Below, piece by piece: positions 9,849-18,807 of a DNA stretch of 44,287 nucleotides. Position 1 is the first letter of the stretch. The number at the start of each line of letters is the position of its first letter. A program made the position numbers and the translations under genes. The notes below the pieces were generated by a model, which searched no databases, had not been told where the DNA came from, and saw only the letters and a list, made by a program, of their open reading frames with translations. The DNA comes from Eubacteriaceae bacterium (GTDB lineage: Bacteria; Bacillota; Clostridia; Eubacteriales; Alkalibacteraceae): NCBI GenBank assembly GCA_013335935.1, contig JAAXUP010000009.1:1-44287 (forward strand). The letters run 5' to 3'.

Positions 9849-9945
9849 ATCACCCCTATTAGACAATTATACAGTCAAACAGGGGTTCCTTTATTCTTTG
9901 TAAAATTTAATGTAGTTGGACAAACGAAACGTCCCGCTGTCCGGG
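9849..9945. repeat. Composite repeat, copy 1: hairpin H1 (AATCACCCCTATTAGAC..CAGTCAAACAGGGG), spacer, then REP-b (TGGACAAACGAAACGTCCCGCTGTCCGGG)
   Basis: Same architecture as copy 2 at 10654-10745. The 29-bp REP core is identical between the two. Confidence 0.75.
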
Positions 9946-9947
9946 TT

Positions 9948-10592
9948 TTAAATTAATTCAGCCCCTAACTGATATACATTTTCTAAATCGATAGGGAAGA
10001 CTTCCTCATGTCGCTTTAGCCTCTGCTCTACATCAAACATATCGGAAACGTACTTTGAGTAGTCTTTAAACTGAAGGGTTTCTGTTGAGAAATAGGAACG
10101 GGCATCTCCTTGAAAAAGCATTTTACTCAATCTTTCATTGCTAGACAAACTTTCTTCCAAATGCATCTTTTTAACCGCTTCTTCTGGAGCATTCATGGTA
10201 TAGATGAATAAAGTATTTAGCTTGCCAGTAAACAGTGATCGCTGTTTTTCTTTGGTATAAATTAAATATGGGAACCATAATCTTTCAAGAAAGCATCTCA
10301 GCATACCTGTTACGTTCCCGAAATAAATGGGTGAACCAAAAATAACTCCATCCGCATCTCCGAAGTTTTGAAGCAGAGGCGTCAGATCATCCTTCATGGC
10401 ACATTTTCCGTAATTTTTCCCATCTTTTAATTTACAGGCAAAACAACTGGTACAACCTCTGTAGTCTAAATCGTATAGATTGATCAGCTCTGTGTCTGCA
10501 CCTTTAGAAGAAGCACCTTCTAATGCACTCTTTAATAATTTCGAGGTATTCCAATCTTTCCTGGGGCTTGCATTATAAGCAACAACTTTCAT
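9948..10592 (-). CDS. Flavodoxin-like NAD(P)H-dependent FMN reductase family protein
   Basis: MKVVAYNASPRK...GSPIYFGNVTG is the typical NADPH-dependent FMN reductase / iron-sulfur flavoprotein N-terminus. A Cys cluster CTSCFAC is present. Confidence 0.65.
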   Translation of the reverse strand: MKVVAYNASPRKDWNTSKLLKSALEGASSKGADTELINLYDLDYRGCTSCFACKLKDGKNYGKCAMKDDLTPLLQNFGDADGVIFGSPIYFGNVTGMLRCFLERLWFPYLIYTKEKQRSLFTGKLNTLFIYTMNAPEEAVKKMHLEESLSSNERLSKMLFQGDARSYFSTETLQFKDYSKYVSDMFDVEQRLKRHEEVFPIDLENVYQLGAELI

Positions 10593-10653
10593 AAGACCAC
10601 CATCCTTTAAAATCAATTATAACAAAACGCGGAATGTTTAAACAGCGCAATAA

Positions 10654-10745
10654 ATCACCCCTATTTGACTGCGAACAGTCGAATAGGGGTGATACGTAGA
10701 TTAAAGTTAGCTGGACAAACGAAACGTCCCGCTGTCCGGGGTTCG
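10654..10745. repeat. Composite repeat, copy 2: near-perfect 16-bp inverted repeat CACCCCTATTTGACTG/CAGTCGAATAGGGGTG, spacer, then REP-c
   Basis: Seen directly. It lies immediately 3' of the aroD stop codon. Confidence 0.75.
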
Positions 10746-10747
10746 AT

Positions 10748-11503
10748 TTATGAAATTCGCATCAGGTTCAGGATATTTCTGGCATCATCGACACCGATCT
10801 GCCCAGGTGCGGAAATCTGTTTAGCTGCTGCAAAGGTCATGCAAGACCCTACCAATTCTCCGGCAAGACGGGATACTACCCCCAGAGCTCCCATGGACAT
10901 GGTGATGCATGGCCGGTCTCCTTTGGATTTCTTCATTTCTAATGTTGCGCTGAGCAAGGTCATGACATCCTCTTCGGATTGGGGCATGACCGCAATTTTT
11001 GTGATATCCGCGCCATACTCCTGCATTTTCATCAGTCGTTTTACCAATTCTTCTTTTTCAGGGGTCTTGAAAAAATCATGGTTTGACATAATGACTTTTA
11101 CATGGTTTTCATGTGCGTATGCAATCAGCTTGTTGATCTCCTCGGCTGTGCTAAAGAGCTCCACATCCACCAGGTCGATCAAGCCGCTTTCGATAGCGGC
11201 CCGATTGAGGGCGAAATATTTCTCTTCGGACATCTCATGGACGCCCCCTTCTTTTTTGGTTCTGAAAGTGAAAAGCAGCGGTTTAGAGCAGATTTCCCGG
11301 ATCTTCCCCAGAAGAGCTTTGACCTTATCCAGATCTTCTACGTCTTCATAGTGGTCGACTCGAAATTCTACGACATCATAGTCAACAGAACTCAGAAATT
11401 TGAATTCCTCTATAACGCCTTCTTCTGTTTTTCCAACGATGGGAACACAGATTTTAGGTGCGCCTTCATTGAAAATGATATCTTTAACTTTTAATGTTTT
11501 CAT
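10748..11503 (-). CDS. aroD: 3-dehydroquinate dehydratase, type I
   Basis: AroD family pattern across its length. Confidence 0.8.
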   Translation of the reverse strand: MKTLKVKDIIFNEGAPKICVPIVGKTEEGVIEEFKFLSSVDYDVVEFRVDHYEDVEDLDKVKALLGKIREICSKPLLFTFRTKKEGGVHEMSEEKYFALNRAAIESGLIDLVDVELFSTAEEINKLIAYAHENHVKVIMSNHDFFKTPEKEELVKRLMKMQEYGADITKIAVMPQSEEDVMTLLSATLEMKKSKGDRPCITMSMGALGVVSRLAGELVGSCMTFAAAKQISAPGQIGVDDARNILNLMRIS

Positions 11504-11544
11504 TTAAAACTCCTTTATGTTAAGATTTGCCATACTACCCTATC

Positions 11545-12423
11545 TTAAAATAATACATCCTTCATATAATCGATAGGCATCTCTTCATTTGTAAAGAGTT
11601 TAAAAGCAGCGGCTCCCTGAAAAAGCATCATTCCAAGTCCGTTGATTGCCTTGCAGCCCACTTCCTTGGCAATTTCCAGAAGCCTTGTCTCTGTAGGAGA
11701 ATAGACACAGTCAAAGACAACCAGATCAGGCCGAAGCATGGTTGGATCTGTGACCAACGATTCCCCAAGCATAGGCTTCATCCCCACACCAGTGGCATTG
11801 ATCAGGATATCGCTGGATGCAATTTCTGCTCTTAATTTGTCCTGATCTTCAAGTTTATAGAAAGCTGCCTTGCATGAGGTTTTATCATTTACCTTGGCGA
11901 CAGTTTCCTTCGCTTCAGGAACAAATTCATCAGCTCTATTGAAAACCGAAAGCTCCGCGGCACCGTCTAATCCGGCTTGAACTATGATGGCAGTACCGGC
12001 TCCTCCCGTCCCCATAATGGTGATTTTCTTTCCTTTGATGTCTATTCCTTCATCCGATAAGGCATGCATACATCCGATTCCATCGGTGATGTGACCAGTC
12101 AAAACTCCGTTGTCATTGACAACCGTATTCACTGATCCCGTCAATGCGGACGCATCCGATAATTTATCAAGATACTGGGTGATTTTTCTTTTATTCGGCA
12201 TGGATACGTTGCACCCTCTGATTTTCATTGCGCGAATACCCTTGACCGTATCCTCCAGAGTGCTGTTGTCTACTTCAAAAGCAACATACACATAATCCAG
12301 TCCTAATTTTTTAAACGCTTCATTGTGCATGGTAGGCGACATGCTATGTCTGATCGGATAGGCAATCAATCCAATTAATTCCGTATGTCCGGTGACTCTT
12401 TCCGTTATTGCAATTTTTCCCAT
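11545..12423 (-). CDS. aroE: Shikimate (or quinate/shikimate) dehydrogenase
   Basis: LIGxPIxHSxSP substrate-binding motif and a GAGGA Rossmann. Start at MGKIAIT, preceded by an AGGAGGA RBS. Confidence 0.8.
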   Translation of the reverse strand: MGKIAITERVTGHTELIGLIAYPIRHSMSPTMHNEAFKKLGLDYVYVAFEVDNSTLEDTVKGIRAMKIRGCNVSMPNKRKITQYLDKLSDASALTGSVNTVVNDNGVLTGHITDGIGCMHALSDEGIDIKGKKITIMGTGGAGTAIIVQAGLDGAAELSVFNRADEFVPEAKETVAKVNDKTSCKAAFYKLEDQDKLRAEIASSDILINATGVGMKPMLGESLVTDPTMLRPDLVVFDCVYSPTETRLLEIAKEVGCKAINGLGMMLFQGAAAFKLFTNEEMPIDYMKDVLF

Positions 12424-12568
12424 ATTATCCTCCTGAATAGTTAATAAATTAACATACATAGACAAAAAATAGTTTTATCCAGATTATCAACCTTTGAAAG
12501 TAGTATATTAAAATTTAATATCCCTGTCTAATAGAAACTTTTGCCGAATCTATAGTTTTTGTCTATGA

Positions 12569-13279
12569 TTACCAAACATACGGAATCAGTCGATATTTTA
12601 CTTTCTGGGTATATTCCTCGTACCCTTCCAGGGATTCACGGAGCATTTTTTCTTCATCTTGGATTCGGGGAATCAGTAAAGCGCATAAAACGAGCATTGG
12701 CAGCAACATAACGAAAGAACCCAGAATCAGCGGGATTGCCAGGTTGATCAGGATAGATGAAGCATACATGGGGTGCCGGACAATTGAATAAAGCCCGTTA
12801 TCGATAAGCTTCTGCCCTGGCTGGATTTCCAGGATGCGAGAAGCATAATGATTCTGATGCATGGAGGTATAATACAGGGAGAATCCGCATAGGATGATTC
12901 CATATCCAGCGATGCTAAGCCAGATAGGAACTTGGGACCACCCTAGCCGAAAGTCGAGCCCTGGTATAAGAAACGCAAGGATTTCTATAGCTAATGAGAA
13001 TTTGACCAGCTTTTTCTGACTTGTGCGTTTCTCCTGGTTTCTCATCCGTTTCTCTAATAACTCAGGATCTTTTGCCGCAAAGAATACCAGTGCAAAAATC
13101 ATGGGGACAACGCATGCGATAAGAAACAGCCACGCATTAGGATATAACAAGGTACCTGCCGTCAGGAAAATAATTGCCCCAATGACAACAATTCCCGCGC
13201 CAAATTCTAAGATGGCTTTCAGGACAAGCTTTACCCGATCGATCCTGATATTTTTTTCTTCCTCCACAGGAAATCCCAC
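12569..13279 (-). CDS. Membrane protein with an ICMT/PEMT-family methyltransferase domain
   Basis: Multiple transmembrane helices. C-terminal RHPMYAS...EEKMLRESLEGYEEYTQKVKYRLIPYVW is the isoprenylcysteine carboxyl methyltransferase signature. Confidence 0.65.
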   Translation of the reverse strand: MGFPVEEEKNIRIDRVKLVLKAILEFGAGIVVIGAIIFLTAGTLLYPNAWLFLIACVVPMIFALVFFAAKDPELLEKRMRNQEKRTSQKKLVKFSLAIEILAFLIPGLDFRLGWSQVPIWLSIAGYGIILCGFSLYYTSMHQNHYASRILEIQPGQKLIDNGLYSIVRHPMYASSILINLAIPLILGSFVMLLPMLVLCALLIPRIQDEEKMLRESLEGYEEYTQKVKYRLIPYVW

Positions 13280-13339
13280 CCTTCACGCTTCACTAGCTCT
13301 ATATCATATATTCCCCCATTCCCATGTTATCTACCATCC

Positions 13340-14017
13340 CTATTCGATTACTTTCAGAACTTCCTCCATACATCTTCGGGTTTTAGGGCGGTGATCCCGG
13401 TTGGTATAGCCGAAGGCCGCCATGCAGGATAACCCGAAATGCTTGGGATCGATAACCCCTTCTTCAATCAGGACACTTTCGACTTTATCTCTGTCGAAAC
13501 CTTCCATGGGAGTTGAATCTACGCCCAGCATGGCAGCAGTTGTCAGCATGTTCGCTAAAGCGATATACGTCTGCTTGCAGGTCCAGTCAAAAAGAGCTCT
13601 GTCGCTTTCCAGAAGCCTGAAATCGCTGGTTTGAAAACTCCTGCATTTTTCGCGTTTCGGGATCCGCAACTCGTCAGAAAATTGCTGGACGTTCTTTTGG
13701 ATATATTCGATGTATTTGGAATCATATCTCATATCCTCAGGGCTCCTGGCCAGTATCAGCACAAAATGACTTGCTCCTTCTATACTTTTCTCAGCTCCCC
13801 AGGCAAAGGGCTTGATTTTCTTCTTGATTTCCTTATTATTCAAAAGAATGAATTTCCAGGGTTCCAGCCCCATAGAACTTGGAGAAAGACGTCCTGCCTC
13901 CATGATCACATTAAAATCCTCATCAGCTACTCTTTTCTCAGGGTCATAGCCTTTGCAGGTATATCTGGTATGGAAGGTTTTTAGGATAAAATCTCTCATC
14001 TCTTTCTGATCCATCAT
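13340..14017 (-). CDS. Nitroreductase-family NAD(P)H oxidoreductase
   Basis: Nitroreductase fold pattern (RYTCKGYDPEKRVADEDFNVIMEAGRLSPSSMGLEPWKF). Confidence 0.75.
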   Translation of the reverse strand: MMDQKEMRDFILKTFHTRYTCKGYDPEKRVADEDFNVIMEAGRLSPSSMGLEPWKFILLNNKEIKKKIKPFAWGAEKSIEGASHFVLILARSPEDMRYDSKYIEYIQKNVQQFSDELRIPKREKCRSFQTSDFRLLESDRALFDWTCKQTYIALANMLTTAAMLGVDSTPMEGFDRDKVESVLIEEGVIDPKHFGLSCMAAFGYTNRDHRPKTRRCMEEVLKVIE

Positions 14018-14060
14018 TTCATCTCCTTAGACCGCATTTGTTAGATACATCTGACCGTTT

Positions 14061-15083
14061 TTATTTATAAACAATACAGTTTTTGATGACCTTGCCTCTT
14101 GAATGCTCCAGGATGGCCTCCTCTATCCTTTCGATGGGATACTCGTTGTTCACGAAATCCTCTTCTCGGATTGCTCCCATCTTAAGAAGCTCAAAGGCTG
14201 CATTCACATGTCTTGGGGTGGTGTGGAAAACCCCCTTCATGGTGATTTGGGAATAATGGAGCAATGTGGTATCCACTTCCACCGTTTCCCCTTTTGGTGT
14301 TCCTCCAAAGCAAAGTACGGTTCCCCCTGCCCTGACCATATTGAGGGCGATGGACCAAACCTTGGATAAGCCTACCGCTTCAATAGCAACATCCACCCCT
14401 CTCTTTTTTTCGGTCAGTTCACGAACGGCCTGAGCCTGATCTTCTGCCTCTGAAATATTCACCGTATGTGCAGCCCCCAGTTTTTTAGCCATTTCCAGCC
14501 GCTCCGGTGACTTGTCGCAGGCGATGACCCGGGCTCCCCTTAGATGACAAAGCCTGACAAACATAAGACCAATAGGACCGCAGCCATTTACCGCGACGGT
14601 ATCCCCCAACTCAATGGGAACTTCCGATGCGCCGTAAACCGCACAAGAAAAAGGTTCCAAAAGCGCCGCTTGTTTGAAAGACATCTCCGCCGGAATCAGG
14701 AAGGTGTTTTGGCGGACGATCCTTTCCGGGATCAGCTGATATTCCGTGAAAGCGCCTTTATTGAAAATAGGGTTTTCACATAGGGAATGCTGGGCTTTTT
14801 TACAGTAATAACACTCATGACAGGGTACGGAATTGTGTGCTACAACCCTGTCCCCAACCTTGAATTTCTCCACATTTTCACCAACGGCATAGACGACCCC
14901 AGAGGCTTCATGTCCAAAAGAGAAAGGCGGGTCCCATCGATAACCCCTCATATAGATTTTTACGTCCGTTCCACAGGTGAGGGATACCTTGTTTTTGATC
15001 ACGATCTCCCCCTGACCTGGAATGGGAATCTCGCTTTCTTCAACTCGAATGTCTTTAGGTGCATAAAACATTACTTTCTTCAT
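14061..15083 (-). CDS. Zn-dependent alcohol/polyol dehydrogenase (MDR family)
   Basis: GHE zinc ligand, structural-zinc Cys cluster CHECYYCKKAQHSLC, and a GxGxxG Rossmann (VNGCGPIGL). Confidence 0.8.
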   Translation of the reverse strand: MKKVMFYAPKDIRVEESEIPIPGQGEIVIKNKVSLTCGTDVKIYMRGYRWDPPFSFGHEASGVVYAVGENVEKFKVGDRVVAHNSVPCHECYYCKKAQHSLCENPIFNKGAFTEYQLIPERIVRQNTFLIPAEMSFKQAALLEPFSCAVYGASEVPIELGDTVAVNGCGPIGLMFVRLCHLRGARVIACDKSPERLEMAKKLGAAHTVNISEAEDQAQAVRELTEKKRGVDVAIEAVGLSKVWSIALNMVRAGGTVLCFGGTPKGETVEVDTTLLHYSQITMKGVFHTTPRHVNAAFELLKMGAIREEDFVNNEYPIERIEEAILEHSRGKVIKNCIVYK

Positions 15084-15340
15084 CTCTGTCCTCCCAATAT
15101 TATAATTTACATTCAGTATATCAAATTTAAAGAAGGATCACAGCCCTTTCCGTCTATGAATTTCAAACATTACAGAGGATATCCGTGTCTTTATGCTGCC
15201 CGATGACGTATTTTATTGATTGCAGGAAAATATCGGCTAGTATAAAATAAAGAGCATAGCGTTAATGATGCGAGGACAAGGAATCTGATGAGTTATCCAT
15301 CACAGGGGTAAATTTATGGGAAGAAGGAATGTAATAGAAC

Positions 15341-15529
15341 ATGATCGAACACTTGGAAAACACAGAAGAAATGGATTTATATGAAATTTATAATCTCCTG
15401 CCTAAAATCAACTGTCGTCGCTGCGGTGAAGAAACCTGCCTTGCTTTTGCTGCTATGGTGGAATGCGGGACAAAAAAAATCACCCAATGCAGGGTGTTAA
15501 TCGAAAAGGGAGTGAAAAACCATGAGTGA
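15341..15529 (+). CDS. Small protein with the putative Fe-S cluster domain (RnfB/CFeSP N-terminal-like)
   Basis: CRRCGEETCLAFAAMV Cys motif. Confidence 0.45.
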   Translation: MIEHLENTEEMDLYEIYNLLPKINCRRCGEETCLAFAAMVECGTKKITQCRVLIEKGVKNHE

Positions 15530-15977
15530 AAATGTATCTTTTGAAAGCGCCGAAACCTGCCTGATCATGGAACCAAGACATAGCAATCCTGCCGGGAATG
15601 TGCACGGAGGGGAACTGTTAAAAATCATGGATAACATTGCAGGCATCGTGGCTCATAAGCATGCAAGAGGCAATGTCGTGACAGCCCGAATAGACGAAAT
15701 CGTCTTCCACTGCCCCATAAATATTGGAGATATCATCACTTGCACGGGACAGCTTACTTATGTGGGAACAAGCTCCATGCAAGTCATGGTGACCGTACAT
15801 ACCCTGAAAAACTATACGGATACCTTGGTCGCTTTAACAGCATTTTTCACCATGGTCCATATGAAAGAAGGAAAACCTGCAAAGGTTCCGCGACTTACGG
15901 TGACCACTGAGGAAGAGAGAGACCTATACCTTTTAGGGGAAAGAAAGTACAAAGAAATCAAGAAAAAATACATGTAG
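15522..15977 (+). CDS. Hotdog-fold acyl-CoA thioesterase
   Basis: YciA/4HBT-like pattern (NPAGNVHGGELLKIMDNIAGIVA). Confidence 0.75.
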   Translation: MSENVSFESAETCLIMEPRHSNPAGNVHGGELLKIMDNIAGIVAHKHARGNVVTARIDEIVFHCPINIGDIITCTGQLTYVGTSSMQVMVTVHTLKNYTDTLVALTAFFTMVHMKEGKPAKVPRLTVTTEEERDLYLLGERKYKEIKKKYM

Positions 15978-15992
15978 TATCCCAGACGCAAA

Positions 15993-16022
15993 TAAAGACG
16001 GAGCAAGTCCGTCTTTATTCGC
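15993..16022. terminator. Rho-independent terminator (bidirectional)
   Basis: aaagacgga gcaa gtccgtcttt followed by a T-run. Confidence 0.7.
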
Positions 16023-16065
16023 TTTATCTTACGAGCATCCCCAATACTTCAGTCTATGGTTCAAA

Positions 16066-16497
16066 TCACACACGTTTCAGGATTATGGAATCCATTTCCT
16101 TAACGTTCTTTGAAAAATCACCTACGAGTATGGCTGCCTCCACAGGCTGAATCCTGTCGATGAACTTTTTCATACTTTCAGGTGTATCATTTTTAATACG
16201 ATATGATGTGGCATAGTAGCCCTCGTATGCTAAACCCAGAACGTAGGAACTCAGTTTACCCTTAACGGAAGAATAAATATCATCATGTACAAGAACCAGA
16301 AGTTTTCCCTTTGGATAATTTCTTTCTGAAAAAACTTCGAGATATTCCAACCCTTTAGGAAAAGCAGGCCTTGTCTGCAACTCGGCGATAAAATTAATTC
16401 TTGAAAGCAGTGCGGTCATTTGAGATTTGAACTCGATTCTTCCAGCAAGCACCTGACGTATTTTCGTAAGGTCTGGCAACGAAAACGCTAAAGCCAT
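16066..16497 (-). CDS. Hypothetical protein
   Basis: ORF with an AAAGGAG RBS before MALAFSLPDL. No family recognised. Confidence 0.4.
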   Translation of the reverse strand: MALAFSLPDLTKIRQVLAGRIEFKSQMTALLSRINFIAELQTRPAFPKGLEYLEVFSERNYPKGKLLVLVHDDIYSSVKGKLSSYVLGLAYEGYYATSYRIKNDTPESMKKFIDRIQPVEAAILVGDFSKNVKEMDSIILKRV

Positions 16498-16748
16498 TTT
16501 CTCAACTCCTTTCTGATTCAAACAAGAAAAGCAACTGCGTATTCACAGCTGCTCCAATGACAAATAAAATAAGAATCATGGGCAACTGGCTACCTTTGGA
16601 TCTCCCTTTAGGCCCTACAGTTTTGCGTCCCCGCTTTTCAGCAGGTTTGCCTTTTCAACTAATTCAAAATTGTATATCTGTATGTATTTATGACAATTTT
16701 ATACCCTGGATATCTCTTGTTCAAACATTTTCCTGCGATGCTCCTGTC

Positions 16749-17210
16749 CTAATCCCAAAAGCATTGAGCTGAACCCTCTTTAATCAGGCTATGCCTGCCA
16801 CAGCTTGGGCAATAATATTCGGAAAGATCGATGCTCTTATCATTGCAAAGCCGTTTCAATTTGTCTTCATTCAATAAATTCAGGATTCCATAGCATTTAT
16901 TGCATATGAATTTGGGTTCAAAATATCCTTCATCATGATAAATACAATAGCTGAAGCGTTCATGGAACTCTCCACATCGGGAACAAATGTAAATTCTGTG
17001 TCCGCATTTCCCTGCGAATTTTCCATTTTTATCCTTGATCAAACGCTTAACCAAAGATAGTGCCGCATTTGACTTGATCAAGTATTGCAGCATCGCATAC
17101 TTTGAATCAATGTCTCTCAGACTTCTTGGATTGTAATCAAAACCAATCCCTAACATAAAATCTTTCTTATAGTCGCATTCCCTGCATCCAATTCCAAAAC
17201 CAACGCCCAT
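16749..17210 (-). CDS. Cys-rich double zinc-ribbon protein (hypothetical)
   Basis: Four CxxC pairs (CREC, CSRC, CNKC, CPSC). An AGGAGGG RBS precedes the start. Confidence 0.5.
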   Translation of the reverse strand: MGVGFGIGCRECDYKKDFMLGIGFDYNPRSLRDIDSKYAMLQYLIKSNAALSLVKRLIKDKNGKFAGKCGHRIYICSRCGEFHERFSYCIYHDEGYFEPKFICNKCYGILNLLNEDKLKRLCNDKSIDLSEYYCPSCGRHSLIKEGSAQCFWD

Positions 17211-17439
17211 TTGTCCCTCCTGATTATAAGATAGCCTTTCCAGAATTTATACTCAGCTTTTAAAATGATAACGTTTACAACAACCTTGGTAATTCCTTTC
17301 AAAAGAAATGGTGAATGTTTTAATATTACCATATTATGTTATACAAGTAAATATATTATTTGTAATTCATGCGCCTTTTTTCATTATTTCATTTTATTGT
17401 GATTGATTAGTCTCTGAATAGGACAGACCATTTTGCAAT

Positions 17440-17472
17440 ATGCTATAATAATACTAACAATCGACAATTTGT
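17440..17472 (+). promoter_or_regulatory. dinB promoter (extended -10 TGcTATAAT) with the downstream palindrome CGACAAtTTGTCG, a candidate SOS operator
   Basis: Seen directly. The palindrome sits 8 nt 3' of the -10, around the likely transcription start. Confidence 0.4.
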
Positions 17473-17513
17473 CGACGGTGTTTAGCACGATTGTGAAAGG
17501 GTTATGGCTCTTT

Positions 17514-18740
17514 ATGAAAATAACAATTTTTCTTGTGGATATGAACTCATTTTTTATAAGCTGCGAAGGGACAAGACATCCTGAAATAACGGGCAAACCT
17601 GCGGCAGTAGCAGGGGACCCCAAGAACAGGACGGGGATCATTCTGACTTCCAACTATGAAGCCCGGAAGTTCGGCGTTAAAACTGCAATGGTCGTCCATG
17701 AAGCCTTGAGGCTTTGTCCAGATCTTATTCTTATTCCTCCCGACCACCGTTTCTATGGACAGAAATCTCGGGAGGTCATGGAAATACTCTCTGATTTCAC
17801 CCCTGTGATCGAACAAAACAGCATCGACGAAGCCTGGCTGGATATGACCGGATGCGAAGGAATTTTTGGCAAACCTGCTGAATCTGCCATAAAAATCATG
17901 GAAAGGCTGAAAAACGAGCTTGGTTTATGGTGTTCCATTGGGATATCCGAAAATAAATTCCTTGCGAAAATGGCCTCAGATATGAAAAAGCCTTTGGGCA
18001 TCACTGAGCTATGGAAGGAAGATATTGCCCTGAAGCTATGGCCTCTTCCTGTTCGATCCATGTACGGAGTTGGGAAGCAGACGGCAAAAAAACTTCAAAG
18101 CATCGGAATCATGACCATTGGGGATCTGGCAAGGATCAATGAAGACATCCTTTCCCGGAATCTTGGAAAATCCGGCATGGAATTCCATAGACTCGCTAAT
18201 GGCGTGGATAATTCCCCGGTTATCACTCATTCTCATGACGATGTAAAGTCAATTAGCAGATCGGTTACCCTGGCTGAGGATATTACAGATTTCGAGAAAG
18301 CAAAAATTGTATTGCTGCGGCTTTCCGACGAGATAAGCACCAATGCACGCAGACATGGCAAAAAAGGCCGCACAGTGCAAATCAGCATTAAATACGCTGA
18401 TTTTGAATCCATTACCCGGCAAACAACCGTTCCTGAAACTTTCCTAAGCCAGGAAATCTATACCGCGGCCCATGAACTTCTCAAAAAAATTTGGAATACT
18501 GACCTTCCGGTAAGACTCCTTGGGGTAAGCCTGACGGGCTTTTCCAAAGCAGATCATTCCGCCGAAGCAACGCAGCTTTCCCTGTTCAATCTGCCAGAAA
18601 TCCATTCGTCACTGGAGACATCTGTGAACACTGAAAACATCATCAAACAGGATCTTCTGGAAGGCACCATTGATGAATTGCGTCAAAAATACGGCGCTTC
18701 AATGATCAAGCGTGCCGTACTCATGAAAAAGCAAGAATAG
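17514..18740 (+). CDS. dinB: DNA polymerase IV (Y-family)
   Basis: FLVDMNSFFISCE N-terminus, a conserved acidic catalytic region and the little-finger domain. Start at the internal ATG. Confidence 0.85.
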   Translation: MKITIFLVDMNSFFISCEGTRHPEITGKPAAVAGDPKNRTGIILTSNYEARKFGVKTAMVVHEALRLCPDLILIPPDHRFYGQKSREVMEILSDFTPVIEQNSIDEAWLDMTGCEGIFGKPAESAIKIMERLKNELGLWCSIGISENKFLAKMASDMKKPLGITELWKEDIALKLWPLPVRSMYGVGKQTAKKLQSIGIMTIGDLARINEDILSRNLGKSGMEFHRLANGVDNSPVITHSHDDVKSISRSVTLAEDITDFEKAKIVLLRLSDEISTNARRHGKKGRTVQISIKYADFESITRQTTVPETFLSQEIYTAAHELLKKIWNTDLPVRLLGVSLTGFSKADHSAEATQLSLFNLPEIHSSLETSVNTENIIKQDLLEGTIDELRQKYGASMIKRAVLMKKQE

Positions 18741-18807
18741 AGAACCTTTTACTTCATATTCTAAAATGTTATTATATCTTAATAAAGATAAAAACGGAGG
18801 GAACTGA

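Larger units (their letters stand above)
9037..9945 (-). mobile_element. REPtron: a RAYT gene flanked by inverted REP copies
   Basis: REP-a (9037-9078) and REP-b (9916-9945) are in inverted orientation and bracket the RAYT gene. Confidence 0.7.

Noticed and set aside
15270-15300. CUGAUGAG resembling a hammerhead ribozyme core in the 5' UTR of the small Fe-S gene
   Set aside because: There is no matching CGAAA strand or three-stem architecture nearby, so this is a chance heptamer.
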